From NCBI GenBank assembly GCA_963713705.1, contig CAVQMY010000045.1, positions 585 to 64,584 of the forward strand: a stretch of 64,000 nucleotides of DNA, given 5' to 3'. Below the pieces are notes generated by a model. The model was not told where the DNA came from and did not search any database. It worked only from the letters and a program-made list of their open reading frames with translations. The stretch comes from an uncultured Verrucomicrobiae bacterium. Lineage in GTDB: Bacteria > Verrucomicrobiota > Verrucomicrobiia > Palsa-1439. How positions within the stretch are numbered: position 1 is the first letter of the stretch; each line of letters begins with the position of its first letter. Shown here one piece after another: positions 59,763 to 64,000 of this stretch. A program made the position numbers and the translations under genes.

Positions 59763-61197
59763 GTCAGGGAAATTTACGAAAGGAAATCACAGCCATCCCA
59801 TAGGGTTTTGAAAAAAGCTGGAATGTCTCGTGTAGCCCTGCCACACGGCAGGGATGAAAAAGCACAACAAGAACATTCCAGCCGCCGCAAAATTGAACCT
59901 CCTGCGGCAGATTTGCAACTTCATTCCTGACTTCCTGGTACCCAAGCTGGCGCGGGCTACCGGGGTCCAAGACAAAGCCCGCACCTTCAGCCCCTGGAGT
60001 CATCTGGTCGCCCTGATGTATGCCCAACTCACTCACAGCATCGGCCTCAACGATGTCTGCGACGCGCTGGGTTTGCACTCGGGGCCACTGTCCAGTCTGC
60101 GTGGGGCCACCCCGCCCAACCGCAATACTCTCTCCCACGCCAACAAGGTGCGCCCGGCACAAATGGCCGAGCAACTCTTCTGGTCGGTGTTGGAACATTT
60201 GGGCAACCAGTCTCCGGGCTTCGTCAGCGGTCGGGCGGGCCAGCGGTTTGCCCGGAAGTTCAAGCGCACGATTCATCTGGTGGATTCAACCACCATCCCC
60301 TTGATCGCCTCGTGCCTGGATTGGGCCAAGCATCGCCGACGCAAGGCCGCCGCCAAGTGTCATCTGCGATTGGACCTGCAAAGTTTCCTGCCGCTCTTTG
60401 CCATCGTGGACACCGCCCGGCACAACGACGCCAAACGGGCACGGGAACTGTGTGCGGGCGTCAAAGCGGGTGAAATCGTCATATTTGACAAGGCGTACGT
60501 GGACTTCGAGCATCTGGCCGACCTGTCCATGCGCGAGGTGTTTTGGGTCACCCGCGCCAAGGAGAACTTGAGTTTCCTGGTGGTGCGGTGTTTTCAGCAC
60601 GGTGCGGCGGGCAAAATCCTGCGCGATGACTTGATCCAACTACAAACGCCCACCACCTTGGCCGACTACCCGGTGGAGCTGCGGCGGATTATCGCGCTCG
60701 TCGAGGTGGACGGTCGGGAAGTGGAAATGGAATTCCTGACCAACAACCTGGAATGGAGCGCCACCAGCATTGTCGAGTTGTATCGCTGCCGTTGGCAGAT
60801 CGAAGTGTTCTTCAAGCAGATCAAGCAGACGTTGCAATTGGCCGATTTCCTCGGCACCAGCGCCAACGCCGTGCGCTGGCAGGTGTGGACCGCGCTGCTG
60901 GTCTATCTACTCCTGCGCTATCTGGCCTTTCTGGCGGATTGGAGCCACAGCTTCAGCCGCCTCTTCACCTTGATCCGCGCCGCCCTGTGGAAAAAATGGG
61001 ATGTGCTGAGTTTACTGCGCTGCTATGGGACAGCCAACGGTCACTTCCGCTACCTGGCCCAGCCAGAACAAGCCTATCTGCCGGGTTTGAGATAGATCTA
61101 TGGGACAGCCCAGCAAACGAACCCTAATTGTTGAACGCCGCGCCATGTGAATTAAACCCAAAAGTCTTAACGCGTCAGACCGGCCAACACCTCAAAT
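59763..61197 (+). mobile_element. IS4-family insertion sequence (approximate limits)
   Basis: A 413-aa IS4 transposase flanked by a 9-bp direct repeat GTCGAGGGA (59754-59762 and 61198-61206). The flanks are lower in GC than the IS. Confidence 0.55.
59854..61095 (+). CDS. IS4-family DDE transposase
   Basis: …IHLVDSTTIPL…FAIVDTARHNDAK…IVIFDKAYVDFEHL…LYRCRWQIEVFFKQIKQTLQL… (DDE plus YREK signature). Confidence 0.85.
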   Translation: MKKHNKNIPAAAKLNLLRQICNFIPDFLVPKLARATGVQDKARTFSPWSHLVALMYAQLTHSIGLNDVCDALGLHSGPLSSLRGATPPNRNTLSHANKVRPAQMAEQLFWSVLEHLGNQSPGFVSGRAGQRFARKFKRTIHLVDSTTIPLIASCLDWAKHRRRKAAAKCHLRLDLQSFLPLFAIVDTARHNDAKRARELCAGVKAGEIVIFDKAYVDFEHLADLSMREVFWVTRAKENLSFLVVRCFQHGAAGKILRDDLIQLQTPTTLADYPVELRRIIALVEVDGREVEMEFLTNNLEWSATSIVELYRCRWQIEVFFKQIKQTLQLADFLGTSANAVRWQVWTALLVYLLLRYLAFLADWSHSFSRLFTLIRAALWKKWDVLSLLRCYGTANGHFRYLAQPEQAYLPGLR

Positions 61198-61790
61198 GTC
61201 GAGGGAAATCATCCCATTTGCCTAAATTCCACACCTTGTGTGACGCGTGTGAAAGGAAATACAAGGGAAAGGTCACCAACATTTGCAAGCGCACGGCAAA
61301 CCGGCTTGCGTGCATCTTCACTACGAGCCTCTACGGCAAGAGCTCGCAATACAATCGAGTCAAATACAATGGTGATCTGGTTTACATCCCCATTGGTCGG
61401 ACGAAAGGCTACGGCACCTTGCATTTGACGGACGAAACGTTTGATGCAATGCGGGAGCTGCTGAAATCTCGAAACGTGCTGGTGACGAATAGATTTGGCG
61501 ACGGGCCGGTCTGGAGGATGCGAGTAATACGCACTGCAGCAGACATGTTGGGTTTTGACTCGGACTTCCTGCTTAGGCACTCGTTCCAGAGAGAAATATA
61601 CGCCGTGCCACTAGCCCGCAATTACCGGGAATTCCTACAGGGCGAAAACAAACATCTCAAGTACTCTAACTACTCCCTTAATGAGTTGATTATCCACTGG
61701 AAAGAGAGATGGCTGAATCAGCGGAAGAAGAATCCTGACGTAAAGAAAGACGTGATGCGCTTTCGCGCTGAGGATTTTAGAATCGAATAG
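61128..61790 (+). CDS. Hypothetical protein, low GC (~48%), likely horizontally acquired; possibly the 3' part of a gene split by the IS4 element
   Basis: 220 aa with no recognisable motif. A 37-aa low-GC fragment MDAYVLGALPPYNHLLGGKLISYVITSRE… at 59676 lies on the other side of the IS. Confidence 0.4.
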   Translation: MLNAAPCELNPKVLTRQTGQHLKCRGKSSHLPKFHTLCDACERKYKGKVTNICKRTANRLACIFTTSLYGKSSQYNRVKYNGDLVYIPIGRTKGYGTLHLTDETFDAMRELLKSRNVLVTNRFGDGPVWRMRVIRTAADMLGFDSDFLLRHSFQREIYAVPLARNYREFLQGENKHLKYSNYSLNELIIHWKERWLNQRKKNPDVKKDVMRFRAEDFRIE

Positions 61791-61948
61791 CCGGCGCCGA
61801 CGCCTTACAATCTACAGATCAGACTTCTTCGTAGACGGCCTCACCGCCTCCCCGTCCGCCGTCTTGCCCGATTTGGCCCCTCCGTCTTCCCCCGTGTTCT
61901 AAATTCCGTCCCCCTTCACTTGGCGTCCCCCAACCTCCGCCGCCATAC

Positions 61949-61972
61949 CATGATATATCGATAGACTTCATA
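61949..61972. promoter_or_regulatory. Conserved motif CATGATATATCGATAG(A/C)CT..ATA, copy 1
   Basis: One of four copies; see 62118, 62175 and 62555. Confidence 0.3.
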
Positions 61973-62117
61973 CCATGCCAGCCCCCGCCCGCCCCCCTCG
62001 CCTTCGTAGCTGGAGCGTCCCCGCGTCGCAGTTTACCCCGATTCCGAGTCGGCGGTTTACCCCGATTCTTTACCTCGAATCCTTTTCGGGGCGAGGTCGG
62101 GTTCGGGGCATGCCCAC

Positions 62118-62144
62118 CATGATATATCGATAGCCTTCATATCA
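62118..62144. promoter_or_regulatory. Conserved motif CATGATATATCGATAGCCTTCATATCA, copy 2
   Basis: Contains an internal imperfect inverted repeat TGATATAT…ATATCA. Confidence 0.3.
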
Positions 62145-62174
62145 CGAAAACGCCCCCTCCTTTACCATGCCCGC

Positions 62175-62200
62175 CATGATATATCGATAGCCTGTATATT
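62175..62200. promoter_or_regulatory. Conserved motif CATGATATATCGATAGCCTGTATATT, copy 3
   Basis: About 7 bp beyond the padR stop. Confidence 0.3.
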
Positions 62201-62206
62201 GGCCCG

Positions 62207-62557
62207 CTATCGCCGGCAGGATCTCATCACCAGTTCCATCGCCTGACAGAACTGATGCCATCTTCGTTCGCAGTTGTGCAGCGCCGCGCGCCCCTTGGGC
62301 GTGATCTGGTAATTCTTTCGCTCGCGCACCTTCCCAACCCTCACCCACCGCGCCCCCACCAAACCGCGCCCCTCCAACCGCCGCAATAATGGATACAGGC
62401 TCCCAAACGTAAACTGGAAATAATCGTGCGAGCACCGCGCCAACTCCTTGCGAATCTGATAACCATGGCACTCCTTCCCGGCCAGCACGGCCAACACCAG
62501 CGTCTCGGCGTTCCCATGCACCAACTCTCGATCGGGATGGCTTGGTTTCGTGTGCAT
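62207..62557 (-). CDS. padR: PadR-family transcriptional regulator
   Basis: 116 aa …ETLVLAVLAGKECHGYQIRKELARCSHDYFQFTFGSLYPLLRRLEGRGLV…, a PadR wHTH. Confidence 0.8.
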   Translation of the reverse strand: MHTKPSHPDRELVHGNAETLVLAVLAGKECHGYQIRKELARCSHDYFQFTFGSLYPLLRRLEGRGLVGARWVRVGKVRERKNYQITPKGRAALHNCERRWHQFCQAMELVMRSCRR

Positions 62558-62583
62558 GATATATCGAGAGCCTATATATCATG
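62555..62583. promoter_or_regulatory. Conserved motif CATGATATATCGAGAGCCTATATATCATG, copy 4, overlapping the padR start codon (candidate autoregulatory operator)
   Basis: The CAT at 62555-62557 is the reverse complement of the padR ATG. The motif extends into the padR/SBP divergent intergenic region. Confidence 0.35.
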
Positions 62584-62688
62584 AGGCCCTCGCCCTGTCT
62601 ATCCCCGCGCCCGGTTCCCCCAGCTTGCCCACCCGCCTTCGTGTCCGGGGCTTGCCCTGAGCGAAGTCGAAGGGCTACCATCCACGCC

Positions 62689-64000
62689 ATGAAACGACTG
62701 CTCGGGCCGGTCCTTCTCATAACGTTGGCGCTCACAGCATGCCAGCAGCGCTCCACCACACCCGAACCCGTCACCCTCACCTTCGCCCGCGGCGCCGATT
62801 CCCAGAAACTCGATCCCGCCGATGTCGACGACGGCGAATCGATGAAAGTCCTCGTCAACGTCTCCGAAGGCCTCGTCCGATTCAAACACGGCACCACCGA
62901 ACCCGAACCCTGTCTCGCCACTTCCTGGACGATCAGCCCCGATGGTCTCACCTACACCTTCAAACTTCGCCCCGGCGTAAAATTCCACGATGGCACGCCG
63001 CTCGATGCCCCGGCCGCCGCGTTCAGCTTTCTCCGTCAGATGGACAAATCGAATCCCGCCCATCTTCCCGACGCGACGTTCGCCTACTGGTCCGCCATGT
63101 TCAACATGATCACCGCCGTCGAGGTCGTCGACCCGATGACCCTCCGCCTGCGCCTGCGCGAATCCAACGCTCCCCTGCTGGCCAGCCTCTGCATACCAGC
63201 CGCGCATCTCATCAGCCCAAAATTCATCGGCCAACGTCATCCCGTCGGCACCGGCCCGTTCCGATTCGTCGAATGGGTCCCCAACGAACGCATCACCCTC
63301 GACGCGAATCCCGATTACTGGGACGGCAAACCGCAAATCGACCGCCTCATCTTCAAGGTCGTCCCCGATTCGTCCACCCGCCTGATCCAGCTCCAAACCG
63401 GCCAAATCCAGGCACTCGATGGCATCGACCCGAACAGCCTGCCCATCATCAAGGCCGACAAACACCTGACGCTCCTCACCGCGCCCGGCCTCAACGTCTG
63501 CTACCTCGCCTTCAATTGCCAAAAACCGCCGCTCACGGACAAGTATCTGCGCCGGTACATTCGCGATTCCATCAACAAGCCGGACCTTATCCGTGACGTT
63601 TATCGCGGCGCAGCGATCATCGCCACAAATCCCATGCCGCCGTTAATCGCGGGATACAACGACGTCATTCCCAAGGGCACCATAACTGAAGACAGCAGGC
63701 TCGTAGCATTTCCTTCACATCCCCTGCGCCTCGAAGTCATGACCAATCCGCGTCCCTATCTCCCTAATCCGCTCCGTGCCGCCGAAATGATCAAGGCCGA
63801 TCTGGAGAGGCGCCATATCCCCGTCGAAATCGTTCCGAACGAATGGGGCGCGCACCTGAGCCGCACCAGCCACGGCGATCACGAAATGGCGTTGATGGGT
63901 TGGGTCGGCGATAACGGCGATGCCGATAACTTCCTCTACGTGTTGCTCGACAAGGACACCGCCACGCTCGGCTCCGCGCTCAACATCTGTTTCTGGATGA
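62689..64000 (+). CDS. ABC transporter substrate-binding protein, family 5 (peptide/nickel/oligosaccharide type), 3' partial
   Basis: Lipoprotein signal MKRLLGPVLLITLALTAC. …GGTLTFARGADSQKLDPA…, the SBP_bac_5 pattern. The frame stays open to the window end. The ORF track reports only off-frame ORFs here. Confidence 0.75.
   Translation, partial: MKRLLGPVLLITLALTACQQRSTTPEPVTLTFARGADSQKLDPADVDDGESMKVLVNVSEGLVRFKHGTTEPEPCLATSWTISPDGLTYTFKLRPGVKFHDGTPLDAPAAAFSFLRQMDKSNPAHLPDATFAYWSAMFNMITAVEVVDPMTLRLRLRESNAPLLASLCIPAAHLISPKFIGQRHPVGTGPFRFVEWVPNERITLDANPDYWDGKPQIDRLIFKVVPDSSTRLIQLQTGQIQALDGIDPNSLPIIKADKHLTLLTAPGLNVCYLAFNCQKPPLTDKYLRRYIRDSINKPDLIRDVYRGAAIIATNPMPPLIAGYNDVIPKGTITEDSRLVAFPSHPLRLEVMTNPRPYLPNPLRAAEMIKADLERRHIPVEIVPNEWGAHLSRTSHGDHEMALMGWVGDNGDADNFLYVLLDKDTATLGSALNICFWM

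Noticed and set aside
61949-62583. CRISPR array (repeated CATGATATATCGATAG units)
   Set aside because: Only four copies with irregular spacing (~170, ~57 and ~380 bp). One overlaps a start codon. There are no cas genes. A regulator-binding motif fits better.

Overview
High-GC (~60-65%) bacterial chromosome segment, most likely from a Planctomycetota/PVC-group organism. The evidence is a DUF1559 'H-X9-DG' prepilin-type protein, six PEP-CTERM-anchored proteins and an exosortase locus. The window is a mosaic of housekeeping genes and a lot of mobile DNA. Main blocks: (i) 1-8.7 kb, a decayed integrative island next to tRNA-Gly(CCC). It holds a truncated tyrosine integrase, a frameshifted and 5'-truncated helicase-DUF1998 gene, an AbiEi/AbiEii module, a truncated IS66, an integrase fragment and a partial IS4-like transposase. 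(ii) 9-21 kb: clpS, PEP-CTERM surface proteins, a ~1050-aa secreted protein, a PfkB kinase, an M14-like peptidase and the DUF1559 pseudopilin. (iii) Two near-identical ISAs1-family IS copies in inverted orientation at 21983-23251 and 36273-37541. Each has its own 10-bp target-site duplication. They bracket thiE-pfkA-accC-accB-(O-antigen-ligase/TPR)-holB-tmk, a 3.35-kb segment bounded by perfect 91-bp inverted repeats, and a two-gene module (HEPN-motif protein plus small membrane protein) that I rate as the most interesting candidate new system. (iv) Two IS5-family copies at ~39264-40166 and ~52244-53146 bracket two two-component systems, a macro-domain gene, an SDR, small signalling proteins, a large DUF2079-like membrane protein and UDP-xylose synthase. 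(v) 54-59 kb: an exosortase locus (sugar transferase, EpsI, exosortase, TPR lipoprotein). It is followed by an IS4-family element that appears to split a low-GC gene, then a PadR regulator surrounded by four copies of a conserved ~25-bp motif, and a 3'-partial family-5 ABC substrate-binding protein. At least eight genes show single-frame breaks. The neighbouring ORF pieces line up as one protein across each break, which points to indel errors in the assembly or to real pseudogenes; the sequence alone cannot tell which. No CRISPR array and no rRNA genes were found.
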